Assembly (NCBI GenBank): GCA_964012805.1
Contig: CAXGUD010000001.1
Location: 1-64,000, forward strand
Length of the DNA: 64,000 nucleotides
Direction of reading: 5' to 3'
DNA from: an uncultured Bacteriovoracaceae bacterium
Lineage (GTDB): Bacteria; Bdellovibrionota; Bacteriovoracia; Bacteriovoracales; Bacteriovoracaceae
The notes below the pieces were generated by a model. It ran no database searches. It saw nothing but the letters and a program-made list of their open reading frames with translations, and was not told the origin of the DNA. The position numbers were made by a program, and so were the translations under genes. Shown here in pieces: positions 37,451 to 46,913 of this stretch (positions are counted from its first letter, which is position 1; every line of letters starts with the position of its first letter).

Positions 37451-39751
37451 CTAGTCCTTGTCTTTTAAGGAAATAAGTACGGCTGGAAGGAAAGTGAGGT
37501 CCACAATGAGCGCAATTGATAAAATAACAGCGCACATAATACCAAAGTACACATTTGGTACGAAAATCCCAAAGGCCAAAGTTCCAAATGATACAACTAG
37601 AATGATTGTTGTAATAATGAGTGCGGGAGTCGTGTAGGCCAAGACATTAACGACACTTTGATTTCGAGACTTCCCTTCTAACCTTTGCCTTTTATAATTG
37701 GAAAGAACGTGGATCGTATCATCAACAGCAATGCCTAAACAAACACTGGCCACAATGACCGTACCGACATCCATGGCCCGTCCCGAAAGGTAAAGGACCG
37801 CCCCCCCAATCATTAAAGGAATCGTGTTTGTTATTAAGGCCAAAACCCCAACTGATAAAGATTTAAAGTAAATTATAAGGAGAAGACTAATACAGACAAG
37901 GGCCACGCTAATCGATTGAACAAAAGACTCCACCACATAACCATTTAAAAATTGATAAAGCTTTGATTTGCCGGTCGTCATAACGTCAAGACCTAAATCC
38001 CGGGCCTTCGCTTCAATTTTTTTTACGGCGGCTTCAAATTCAGAAGAGGCCGACAAAGTAGACAAAACACTCATTCTCAATGAATCTTTATTTATTGTCA
38101 TTCGATCGTTTAAGCTCATTCCTTGAGGGATGCTTTGCGTGTAAAGCAAGAGCTCCTCAGCTATCATTTTTCTATCTTCTACAAGTCTATATTCACTTTG
38201 CTTTCCTCCATGCAAAACACGGTTTGTGGATTTTAGAATATCTATAATAGACAGTGCCCTCGTAACGTGAGGAAGACCTTCAACCCAGTTTTGGAAAACT
38301 TCCACTTTTTTCAAAAACTCAGGCTCTTTTATTCCTTCTGCTTTACCTGTTCGAATGACAACTTCAATCCCCCTGGAGGCCCCCACATTTTTTGTAATAA
38401 AATCCTGGGACTCTCGAAGCCAATAACCTTTTTTAAAATAGAGGTAGGGGTCACTATTCACATGATTTTTGAGGGATAAGAAAATGCTGTATCCAGATAG
38501 TAAGAGGCACCCTATAGTAAGGGGCTTTTTAATAGTTTTAAGAAAGTCGACATATATTTGAATGGATTGAATGAAGTTTCCTCTTTTCTCATCAGTCCAT
38601 TTTGGTAACTTCGCAGGGAGGCGGTACATGAGACCACCCAAAACTAAATAAGAAAAAGCCCAGGCCAAAAGAACTCCTATTCCGGCCAAAGTCCCCATGC
38701 CTGAAATTGACTTTATATTAACATTTGAAAAACTAAAAAAACCAATCGCTGTAGAAATGGTGGTAAGACCTGTAGGTACAAAGTTTTTTAGCAGTGAGTA
38801 TCGGGCGGCTTCCTTTTGCTCTACACCATCTTGGACCGCCCTGTAAAATACGGCCAATAGGTGAACACTATCGGCAATACTTATTCCTATAAGTATTTGA
38901 GGAACAGCGGCAGTGGCCGAGGTTATCTGAACACCAAAAAATGCACCAACAGCAAAGGTCGCCGCCGTTGTAAGAATAATAACAACAAAAGGGAGCACAA
39001 CCCCCCAAACGGTCTTCAAATTAATATAGAGGAGGACGATAATACTAAGCAAAAGAATAGGGATCATTTTTGATAAGTCAATCTGAGTTGCCTCTTCAAA
39101 GCCGTAAGTTATAGTAGGGCCTCCACTTAAATGAAGTTGATGGTCGCCTAACGAGTATTCTTTAATTAACTTTTTAGCAGCAACAACCGTTTTTTTAAAT
39201 TTCGCTGCCTCTTTTAGGCCTGGTTTTAGTCTGGCGAAAATAAGGGTTGTTTTAGCATCTTTACTAATTAAATAATTAGGTAAGACTTCATGATTTAAAG
39301 CGATCTTCTTACGGTCCTTTATATAACTTTCATTAAAATCTTCACCATCAGCTATCAAAGGCTCTATCAAAATATCATCGCCCTCAGCATGAACCCAATT
39401 GTAGTTACTAAGAGAATCAACTCTAATAACTTCTGGCAAAAGCCAAGCCTTTTCTGTCAACTTCTGCACAAGTTGCAATGACTCTTTATCAAAAACTCCA
39501 GAAGGGCTGTGAATTGCCATTACTATAGAGTCGTCATTACCAAATTGTTTTTCAAAGCTATTGAAGTCTTTAATCATTGGGTCATCATCATAAAAAAACC
39601 CCTTATAGCTAAAGTCGACCGTTAAAAATAAAAAGCCTGGTAAAGAAAGGATTAGAATAAGAAGACCAAAGAAAATAGCGAGTAAGCTCCTCCGCTCAAT
39701 AAAATTAACAAATGTTTCTGCCACTTTAGGAGCTTTAATCTCGTATGACAT
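37451..39751 (-). CDS. MMPL/RND family transporter
   Basis: Duplicated TM plus periplasmic architecture; GISIADSVH, TTISTAIGF, GIAVDDTIH. Confidence 0.88.
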   Translation of the reverse strand: MSYEIKAPKVAETFVNFIERRSLLAIFFGLLILILSLPGFLFLTVDFSYKGFFYDDDPMIKDFNSFEKQFGNDDSIVMAIHSPSGVFDKESLQLVQKLTEKAWLLPEVIRVDSLSNYNWVHAEGDDILIEPLIADGEDFNESYIKDRKKIALNHEVLPNYLISKDAKTTLIFARLKPGLKEAAKFKKTVVAAKKLIKEYSLGDHQLHLSGGPTITYGFEEATQIDLSKMIPILLLSIIVLLYINLKTVWGVVLPFVVIILTTAATFAVGAFFGVQITSATAAVPQILIGISIADSVHLLAVFYRAVQDGVEQKEAARYSLLKNFVPTGLTTISTAIGFFSFSNVNIKSISGMGTLAGIGVLLAWAFSYLVLGGLMYRLPAKLPKWTDEKRGNFIQSIQIYVDFLKTIKKPLTIGCLLLSGYSIFLSLKNHVNSDPYLYFKKGYWLRESQDFITKNVGASRGIEVVIRTGKAEGIKEPEFLKKVEVFQNWVEGLPHVTRALSIIDILKSTNRVLHGGKQSEYRLVEDRKMIAEELLLYTQSIPQGMSLNDRMTINKDSLRMSVLSTLSASSEFEAAVKKIEAKARDLGLDVMTTGKSKLYQFLNGYVVESFVQSISVALVCISLLLIIYFKSLSVGVLALITNTIPLMIGGAVLYLSGRAMDVGTVIVASVCLGIAVDDTIHVLSNYKRQRLEGKSRNQSVVNVLAYTTPALIITTIILVVSFGTLAFGIFVPNVYFGIMCAVILSIALIVDLTFLPAVLISLKDKD

Positions 39752-39787
39752 TGGTCGCCCTTAAAAACTAAGAAAAAAAAGATAAAA

Positions 39788-40372
39788 TTAAATAAGAATA
39801 ACTTGACCACCCTGATTAGCTTCAGAATAACTATCGAAGTTTCCCTTGGCAAACTTGGTAAAGTCTAAAACATCAGTTCTAAGATGATTAAAAACACTTC
39901 CGGCCTCTAAATTGATTTTCCAACTATCCCTCATAAGGGCCTTTTTTTCATTTTTTTGATATTTAGTGACGCTCCCCAGAAGAGTCACTTCATTACCCTT
40001 AATTTTGGAAAGTTTAGGAGTTTCAAGGTTTAGAAAATCAACATGCTCTAGAGATTTCTTGATGGTCGCGATCATCATATTAGTGTATTCATCAAAAAGA
40101 CTTATGGCCATCCCCTGGGTTGGACTAGACTCCCATGGCAGGGCCTTAGGCACCAAGGCCATCGCTAAATTACTTGAAAAAAAAATTCTGAAATCAATGG
40201 TGAAAGTACTTCCGTGTGCTTTTATAAAACATCCATAATCGATACCTCTAACAGTTGTTCCCGCTTCCTCATGAATTGTTCCCGTACAATTTGTCACGTC
40301 CTTAAGTATCCGCTCACTCGAGTCATGACAAAACATTTTGTACCTTGTTAGGATATCCTCTTCCAAAATCAC
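39788..40372 (-). CDS. CheX/CheC-like phosphatase-fold protein
   Basis: FDEYTNMMIATIKKSL…LETP resembles the CheX E-x-x-N helix and downstream Pro. Confidence 0.5.
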   Translation of the reverse strand: MILEEDILTRYKMFCHDSSERILKDVTNCTGTIHEEAGTTVRGIDYGCFIKAHGSTFTIDFRIFFSSNLAMALVPKALPWESSPTQGMAISLFDEYTNMMIATIKKSLEHVDFLNLETPKLSKIKGNEVTLLGSVTKYQKNEKKALMRDSWKINLEAGSVFNHLRTDVLDFTKFAKGNFDSYSEANQGGQVILI

Positions 40373-40498
40373 CGCCTAAATTAAGATTAAAAAAACCTTT
40401 TTGGTCCCATATGTTTTCTTACTTTAGAATTATACGTTAACAGAAAGCACGGTCAATGAATAGATTAAGGGAGAATCTTCTATCTTTTTAGAGATATC

Positions 40499-40528
40499 TG
40501 GACCTTAAAAGGTTGCTTTTAAGGTCCA
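40499..40528 (-). terminator. 13-bp perfect stem-loop just past the esterase stop codon
   Basis: TGGACCTTAAAAG-gttg-CTTTTAAGGTCCA; no clear U-tract. Confidence 0.55.
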
Positions 40529-40536
40529 AATTCACA

Positions 40537-41685
40537 CTAATTTAAATCAAAGGCTTTTTTTAGAGATTTTGAAACGAAGTTCCTCTTGGTCCTTCCACGA
40601 TAAACTCTTTTTGAAAACTTATATGGCCCAACTCCATCTATTTTTTTCCAACGAAAAGGAGAAAAGTAAAGGTATGCGTGATATATACTTTTAGAAATCC
40701 AAGAAGAGCAATTATTTGAGTTTAATGTCGCTTGGTAAAGGCCTTCATCAGAAAAGACAAGACCCTCATGATCTGAAGGTGAAATATTTCCGAAGAACCG
40801 GCTCATAATAATGTCCTGGCTTCCTTGGATAACACCAACATTCCAATGGGAGTAGCGGTAGCACACGCTCGGCATAAAGCGGGCCAAGTTTCCATTATCC
40901 AATCCACCTTTAAGGCCATGCCTCGAAAATGCATCTTTAAAATCTTCTCTAAACTCTGGGGTAAACTTACTCCAAAAAGTTGCACCAAAATGAAGACCCG
41001 CTGAGTCTACAATTAAAGTACGTTTTACATCTTTTGCGTCTTCAGGAATGACTTCATCAAAATAAGGCAAATGAACCAAAGTTCCAAAAGCACCAGCTGA
41101 TGAACCATAGACAAAGAGGTCTTTAACTTTGCTCCAATCAAGGACTCCTTTGTCAATCAAAAGAGCTATAGACTTCTCCACATTTGTCCTTCCATAGTGG
41201 TAAAGTTCCTTGTCGTCGTAAACGGCTAAGTGTGTCCCAGCGTAAACATCCGCCGTACAGTAGGGAAAAATAACCTGGCTATGGTTTGCCAGAAAATTCC
41301 TTGATAGCTTGCGCTTGGAAAAGATACTCCTCAAAAGAAGACGCTTAGGTGAGAAAAGAGGAAAGGCATGAGGGATTGCCCCAAAACAACTATCTTTATC
41401 CCAGCAAGCACCACCTGGCCTAAATTCAAAGGCCCACTTGGAAGCACCTTTTTTATCAAAGAAAACTCTGTAGGGCTGGCCGTTTCCGCAATAGGCTCCC
41501 GGAACAACCATTGACTCATAGCTTCGATACAATCCTCGGGCTGAAGCAGTACTCATGAAAGAGAAGAGAAACAGTATGTAAAAGCAAGCGGCTTTCTTTA
41601 AAAACACGACTAGATCCTTTGTCACTTTTATAATTTCATCGGCCTTCGAATTTATAATAGAATTGTTTTCTTTGGAAACATCCAT
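40537..41685 (-). CDS. Pectinacetylesterase / Notum family hydrolase
   Basis: CGNGQP, GGACWD, PYCTADVYAG, GSSAGAFG nucleophile motif. Confidence 0.85.
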   Translation of the reverse strand: MDVSKENNSIINSKADEIIKVTKDLVVFLKKAACFYILFLFSFMSTASARGLYRSYESMVVPGAYCGNGQPYRVFFDKKGASKWAFEFRPGGACWDKDSCFGAIPHAFPLFSPKRLLLRSIFSKRKLSRNFLANHSQVIFPYCTADVYAGTHLAVYDDKELYHYGRTNVEKSIALLIDKGVLDWSKVKDLFVYGSSAGAFGTLVHLPYFDEVIPEDAKDVKRTLIVDSAGLHFGATFWSKFTPEFREDFKDAFSRHGLKGGLDNGNLARFMPSVCYRYSHWNVGVIQGSQDIIMSRFFGNISPSDHEGLVFSDEGLYQATLNSNNCSSWISKSIYHAYLYFSPFRWKKIDGVGPYKFSKRVYRGRTKRNFVSKSLKKAFDLN

Positions 41686-41959
41686 CGCAGCGCTTTTTCT
41701 TAAATTTTCCTTACATTTATCATACCCAGTGTGTTACAAACCACATTTTTTCAAAAACTTGTCACTTTACTGACAAAAGAACAACACTTAAGTTGAAGAA
41801 AGAGAGTAAGTTTCCCTTATCTAAAGTTGCGAGGGGGAGACCTAGTCCACATGAAAAGAAAGCTTGTTCTACTTTTATTTCTTATAATACTTGTCCTTCA
41901 AATCGAAGGATTCCAAATTCAATCTCTCTAAGTTTAAGGTCACCCCTCCAACTTAAAAC

Positions 41960-43084
41960 CTAGCAGTCTAAAGGCCCTTTCCCGATGAGCTTAAAAGATT
42001 CAACAATAGCAGGTACAAAAAAATATTGACTCGCCACAAAGGAAGAGAGATGCCCTCCACCTATTTCTTTTAGAGAAGACTTTCCCGGAAGGCATGTTGA
42101 TGAAAGTTCATGGAAGAGTTTCTCACCGGATTTTTTTTCCACAACATAGTCATCTCTAGCATTTATTTGTACTAAGGAGCGTCTACCAATTCTTTCATTT
42201 GGAAAGGCATCTACAAGACTTTTAACGTTATATTTTTCCATTATTTTATAAAGTTCTACTTTAACTTCTCGATCCTTTAAGCCTGATTCGGAACCTAGCT
42301 TGGCCCAGTCAATCTGTTTGTGAAGGGCCCCAGAAACAAGTGGAGACGGCGAAGGCCCTGATAAGCAAGGACTCATGGCAAGATCACCCTCTGTAATGGC
42401 AGCCCCAAAAGAGCTTGTCCCTCCCCCCAATGAAATACCGGTCGTTCCAACACTCACGTGCGGATAAGTTTCTCTAACCCAGGAGATCAGTTTAGAAACT
42501 TCCAAAACTGTCACACCAAGACCAACCAAAAAGTCTGATACACTCAAAGAGAAATGCCACTTTTGCCTTTTAGGTCTTCTCTCTCCATAAAAAGGAATCA
42601 TCTTTATCAGTGAACCGATCCCATGCTCTAAAAGGGGTTCAGCCAATAATTGTCTTCTTATTTTAAAAGTTGAGTCTCCAGTAGAAGCTGTATGAATCAC
42701 AATTCCTCTTAATCGACTCGTATCTAATGGGAGTATAAGTTGAAAACAACCTAGCTGAGATTCCTCTGGTAAAAAATGAGCTAGAGGACTAATGTAGTAT
42801 ACTTTGCTGAGAGTGAAATTTTTTCCTTTAGATATTTCTCTCTCTTTCCAAAAAGGACGGAGGGGATACTCAGAATCATTTTTACCCGAGTTTTCTGCAA
42901 AAGAAACAAGCAGACTTTTTAGATCTTTGACCTTTCCTAAGTCACCAAAACCGTCTGAAAAAAACTTATACTTCTTGAAAGGCAAAAAAGTGTTATAGAA
43001 AAGAAAACTCAAATCTAAACGGCCAAGAGCACGACCGGAAATATATTTAAGACCTTTAGGATAATTTTTTAAACCAAACTTCAG
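41960..43084 (-). CDS. ABHD18 / DUF2048 alpha/beta hydrolase
   Basis: FFSDGFG, H.A.TGD, PFYGERRP, GISLGG, DDYV, GGH; the frame is open upstream of the 43012 TTG to a CTG at 43084 with a GAGG RBS. Confidence 0.8.
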   Translation of the reverse strand: MKFGLKNYPKGLKYISGRALGRLDLSFLFYNTFLPFKKYKFFSDGFGDLGKVKDLKSLLVSFAENSGKNDSEYPLRPFWKEREISKGKNFTLSKVYYISPLAHFLPEESQLGCFQLILPLDTSRLRGIVIHTASTGDSTFKIRRQLLAEPLLEHGIGSLIKMIPFYGERRPKRQKWHFSLSVSDFLVGLGVTVLEVSKLISWVRETYPHVSVGTTGISLGGGTSSFGAAITEGDLAMSPCLSGPSPSPLVSGALHKQIDWAKLGSESGLKDREVKVELYKIMEKYNVKSLVDAFPNERIGRRSLVQINARDDYVVEKKSGEKLFHELSSTCLPGKSSLKEIGGGHLSSFVASQYFFVPAIVESFKLIGKGPLDC

Positions 43085-43293
43085 ATTAACCTCTATATTT
43101 AAAGGAAAAACTCTTTTATTTGTCTCATCAAAGGATACCTTTGGTAAACTTTAGGAAACTTTTTCCCTTGGATTTTTCAAGGCTTTGGATCTCAGACAAG
43201 TTTAAAAGCGACCCCTTTTTCAACCCTAAATTTTCATTTTGTTTTATAATAAATTTATTAAGCTGGTGAGGTTCTCAACTGGAGATAAAATTT

Positions 43294-43758
43294 ATGAATC
43301 TAATTTATCTAATGAGGCATGGGGAATCGTCAAAAGACTCTGGTTCACTTGAAAGCTCTTTAACTGACAAAGGCATTGAACAAGTAAGCCAAATGGGCGA
43401 AAAACTAAAACAAGAGGGTATTGAGGTAGCGAAAGTCTACCATAGTGGACTCATGAGGGCCGAAGAAACAGCTTCTATTATTAGAGAAATAGCTTTTCCA
43501 CATATCTCTGAATTAGACCTTGAAACGGAAAAAGGAATCACACCACAGGCAGACCCTGAATTATGGAAGAAAAAATGGGATGATAAGACCTATATAAATA
43601 AGCCTTCCCTTTTTGTTTCACACCTTCCCTTCCTGCCAAAGCTTGTTGATGTTCTACTAAAAGATATTGATGATTATTCTTTTTCCCATTCTTCTGTAAT
43701 GTGCATAGGACAAGACGAACAAAGTAACTGGGAAAAAAAATGGAGTTGGTCCATTTAA
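43294..43758 (+). CDS. sixA: Phosphohistidine phosphatase SixA family
   Basis: LMRHGES, LT.KG, HS…RAEETA, VSHLPFL; GGAG RBS. Confidence 0.8.
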   Translation: MNLIYLMRHGESSKDSGSLESSLTDKGIEQVSQMGEKLKQEGIEVAKVYHSGLMRAEETASIIREIAFPHISELDLETEKGITPQADPELWKKKWDDKTYINKPSLFVSHLPFLPKLVDVLLKDIDDYSFSHSSVMCIGQDEQSNWEKKWSWSI

Positions 43759-43780
43759 TTTTTTTAAGAAGCCTTAGACT

Positions 43781-45142
43781 CTAAAGAATAATTTTATCCA
43801 GGGCATCTATAATTTTTTTAAAACGATTTGTGGGGAACCTTCGATTTAAGTAACTAAAAATGAGCTGCTTATGGATTTTTCCATCTCCCGCTTCAATAAC
43901 CTTATCAGTATAGGCTTCTGCCACCATAAAGTTGAGAGATAACGGAGAAAGGTTTGGAGAAAAATTATCAGGAAAACCCACGCCATTAAGTGCTCCATGA
44001 TGCTGCCTTATAAGTAGATCAACACCCGCCGGAGATTTAGGAAACACTCTGGCCAACTCCGAAGCTCTAAGGGCATGATGCTTTAAAGTTTCTTTAGCCT
44101 CATAGGTTAAATCTGCCTTATCAAACTCATCTTTTGTACAAATTTTGGCCTGTTCATCGGTTTTTAGAAGAATGTCATGAAAGAAGCAAGTAAACATAAG
44201 TTTTTCTTCATGCTCTTTTTTTGCCCAATCTGCATGCTTGATTAAATGAAGTGAAACATAAGAAAGAACTTGAATGTGCTTATAAAGGTAACTTGCTTTA
44301 TTTGAAAGAAGATTTTTAAGCATCGACTTTAATGTTTTATTTTTTTTAACATCTTTGGCAATATCCCTCATTGCCTTTTTAGCAGCGTTGACAGTTTCTT
44401 TTGTAATCCCCATTTCTCTAAATTTATCGTGGACAGTATTAACCTGAACCTCGCCAGCAACGGTTCTTTCGTTATCATTCAACTTATCGAAAGATAGTTC
44501 ACTTATCATTTCATTTGAAATTTGATTCACTAATTTTAATCTATCATTCTTTTGAATGAAAACTTCTTGAACACCCATTGAAATATAGTTTTTTAATTTC
44601 TCCTCAGTTATTTCATCACCAGGAGAAAATAGTGTTTGATACTCCTCTTCACTGCTACTATCTGGGTCTAAAAAAAAAGTTCTGCAAATAGGAGATTTTA
44701 TTTTTCTTAAATAATGAGATGGTATGGGAAAATAATTAGGCACGTCCAAACCTACCATTTCTGCTGCTGTAATATTTGCAACCTGAGCACAATTTCTTAT
44801 TAATGTTTTCAAATCAACCCCAACACTCATAGATAATGTTGATGAGTCTGATTCTAATTCCTCTCCTATTTTTCCAATTACTAGAAGTGGTATTTTCAAA
44901 TTTTCATTTTTCATTTTTTCATGAAGAGTTTGAGCGATCTGTTGCCCCTCAATCTCTGCCTTGGTTACAATCAATTTAATTTTTTGATTTTCTTTTAAAA
45001 TTTGATCAACTGCTGAGTCTAAGCCAGACGTAGACACGGGATCTAAACCTAAATAAACTCGAAAGTTTAAATTATATAAATTTTCAAGCTCTTTATTATT
45101 TTCTACTAAAAGAATATTGGCCATAATCCCTCCTACTTTCAA
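43781..45142 (-). CDS. Receiver-like domain plus degenerate HD-GYP domain protein
   Basis: ILLVEN N-terminus lacking a clear phosphoacceptor; FFHDI, HH, QHHG..NG.GFP; the ATG at 45124 is a likely start. Confidence 0.7.
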   Translation of the reverse strand: MKVGGIMANILLVENNKELENLYNLNFRVYLGLDPVSTSGLDSAVDQILKENQKIKLIVTKAEIEGQQIAQTLHEKMKNENLKIPLLVIGKIGEELESDSSTLSMSVGVDLKTLIRNCAQVANITAAEMVGLDVPNYFPIPSHYLRKIKSPICRTFFLDPDSSSEEEYQTLFSPGDEITEEKLKNYISMGVQEVFIQKNDRLKLVNQISNEMISELSFDKLNDNERTVAGEVQVNTVHDKFREMGITKETVNAAKKAMRDIAKDVKKNKTLKSMLKNLLSNKASYLYKHIQVLSYVSLHLIKHADWAKKEHEEKLMFTCFFHDILLKTDEQAKICTKDEFDKADLTYEAKETLKHHALRASELARVFPKSPAGVDLLIRQHHGALNGVGFPDNFSPNLSPLSLNFMVAEAYTDKVIEAGDGKIHKQLIFSYLNRRFPTNRFKKIIDALDKIIL

Positions 45143-45302
45143 TAAGATCCTTTTCGACTTTTTTTTGATTTTATAAAAAGATAAAAAAGAAAATATAACT
45201 TATTAGAAGAGTTTCACTACACATTAAAAATGTTGTGATAGTTTTTTTATTGAAGAGGCAAGTAAGAATTTTTTTTGAGTTTTATGCTTTTAGAAAGAAT
45301 TT

Positions 45303-45331
45303 AGAAAAAACAAGGGGAGATAACTCCCCTT
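45303..45331 (-). terminator. Intrinsic terminator
   Basis: AAGGGGAG-ataa-CTCCCCTT (45312-45331) followed on the minus strand by GTTTTTT. Confidence 0.8.
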
Positions 45332-45342
45332 TAATTTATGAA

Positions 45343-46329
45343 CTAATCTTTAAACATTCTAAAATTAAGTTTATATTCCCATGAATGATAACCTTGCTGA
45401 CCTTTATAAAACTTTGAAAATTCAATCAAGTCTTCATCAAGGAAAACATTTTCTAATTTTTTGGGAGTATACATAAGAGTTTCGTTAACAAGTCTATCAT
45501 CGTTATTGAGAGAAATAAGTGAATTAGACAGTTTTCCAACTTCTTTTCTTAAAGCAACAGAGCTACCTGCTGTCATCACATTTGACATATCACCTGTATA
45601 AAGACCATAAGCTGCTGCAGCGAGAGGGATGATTGATTGACTCAACTTTTGCATTTCTTTAATATCATCGCCATCAGACTCAATGATTGAGTAATCTACT
45701 ATCAAGTGCTTATATGGAGTTGCATAACCAATTCCTGCTGCTGGAAAAATGACTCTGTCTTGGGCCGTTAAGAAAAAAGTGTTTCCCTGACTAAGACCTT
45801 TGTAAACTTCAGTGATTTTACCTGTCGTTAAAGCACCATCAGTAGTATAAAAGAAAAGATAGATGTCATCTTTTAAAAACTCATCCTTTTCATCAATTAC
45901 TTCAAACTCGTAAGCGTGAAGGGCCATTCTTGGCATTTCCAATTTGTCACTCAATGATTTTTCATAAAAGCCAACAGGACCTAATTTTCTTGTTTCCTGA
46001 ATTCTAAGGAATTTATCAGTTTCGTTGTCTTCCCTTAACAGAAAATCATTTTGGTTAAGACCTTTATTGACTGGGTCCCATTTCATGAGTATTTTTTCTA
46101 AATATAATTTATTGATTTTTTGCTTTTTGAGTATTTGAACCATTTGCCCAAGTGGATTTCCCTTTGCAAATAAATGAGGTCTTTTGTCCTCAAATTGGGG
46201 GTTTAGCACAATTTTAATGGCCTCTAATGCCATTGGAAGCGCCTTTGATTGCTCTCTTTCAGCTGAATAGAGAGAGACCTGACAAAAAAGGGTCAGTAAA
46301 AAGAAAAGCTTAAAAGCAGTTTTGAACAT
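45343..46329 (-). CDS. Secreted hypothetical protein
   Basis: 328 aa, signal peptide, GGAG RBS, followed by a terminator. Confidence 0.65.
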   Translation of the reverse strand: MFKTAFKLFFLLTLFCQVSLYSAEREQSKALPMALEAIKIVLNPQFEDKRPHLFAKGNPLGQMVQILKKQKINKLYLEKILMKWDPVNKGLNQNDFLLREDNETDKFLRIQETRKLGPVGFYEKSLSDKLEMPRMALHAYEFEVIDEKDEFLKDDIYLFFYTTDGALTTGKITEVYKGLSQGNTFFLTAQDRVIFPAAGIGYATPYKHLIVDYSIIESDGDDIKEMQKLSQSIIPLAAAAYGLYTGDMSNVMTAGSSVALRKEVGKLSNSLISLNNDDRLVNETLMYTPKKLENVFLDEDLIEFSKFYKGQQGYHSWEYKLNFRMFKD

Positions 46330-46608
46330 TATTCTTCTCCGATAAAGAAACCTTAAGGCCGTAATCTATTCTAAAATGAAGCGATAGGCAAAGCCTATTC
46401 TCCAATCAGAGTATTTTTTTTAAATTATTTTCATTAAAATAAAGGGCCTGAAATTTTTAGGAAAAAGCCCACCCATGCGACACATAATTTCAATAACTTA
46501 TACGAGGCAAAGATGTATAAGTCCGAAAGGACTTAATGTTTAGAAAGTATCTAATTGGAGTGAAAAGAGGATAGGTGCTAAACTAAAAAGATCGAATAAA
46601 GGTTCAAG

Positions 46609-46911
46609 ATGAAGCCAATAGACTACAACGACCCATCTGAAAATGAGTTAACTGTCAAACTCCCTAAAAGGTACCGTGTGATTTTATACAGGGATCAAGA
46701 GACTCCACGCCACTTTATTCTTCTCCTTTTAATGAGGCATTTTCAAAAGTCCATCCATGAATCCAAAGAACTTGTCGAAGTACTTGAGAAAAAGGGCTTC
46801 GTTACAGTGGGAACTTACACGCATGAGATAGCTGAGACAAAATCAACAAAAGTAATTATATTGGCCAAGAAAAATAGCTATCCCTTAAAATGCTCTTTCG
46901 AGCCTGAGTAG
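46609..46911 (+). CDS. clpS: Divergent ClpS adaptor-like protein
   Basis: P..YRVIL..D..TP..F…L…F, G…VG.YT.EIAETK, YPLKCS.E. Confidence 0.75.
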   Translation: MKPIDYNDPSENELTVKLPKRYRVILYRDQETPRHFILLLLMRHFQKSIHESKELVEVLEKKGFVTVGTYTHEIAETKSTKVIILAKKNSYPLKCSFEPE

Positions 46912-46913
46912 AA

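Noticed and set aside
46500..46560. c-di-GMP-I riboswitch (GGCAAA followed by a GAAA hairpin)
   Set aside because: The spacing and second stem with tetraloop receptor do not fit; kept only as an unexplained hairpin.
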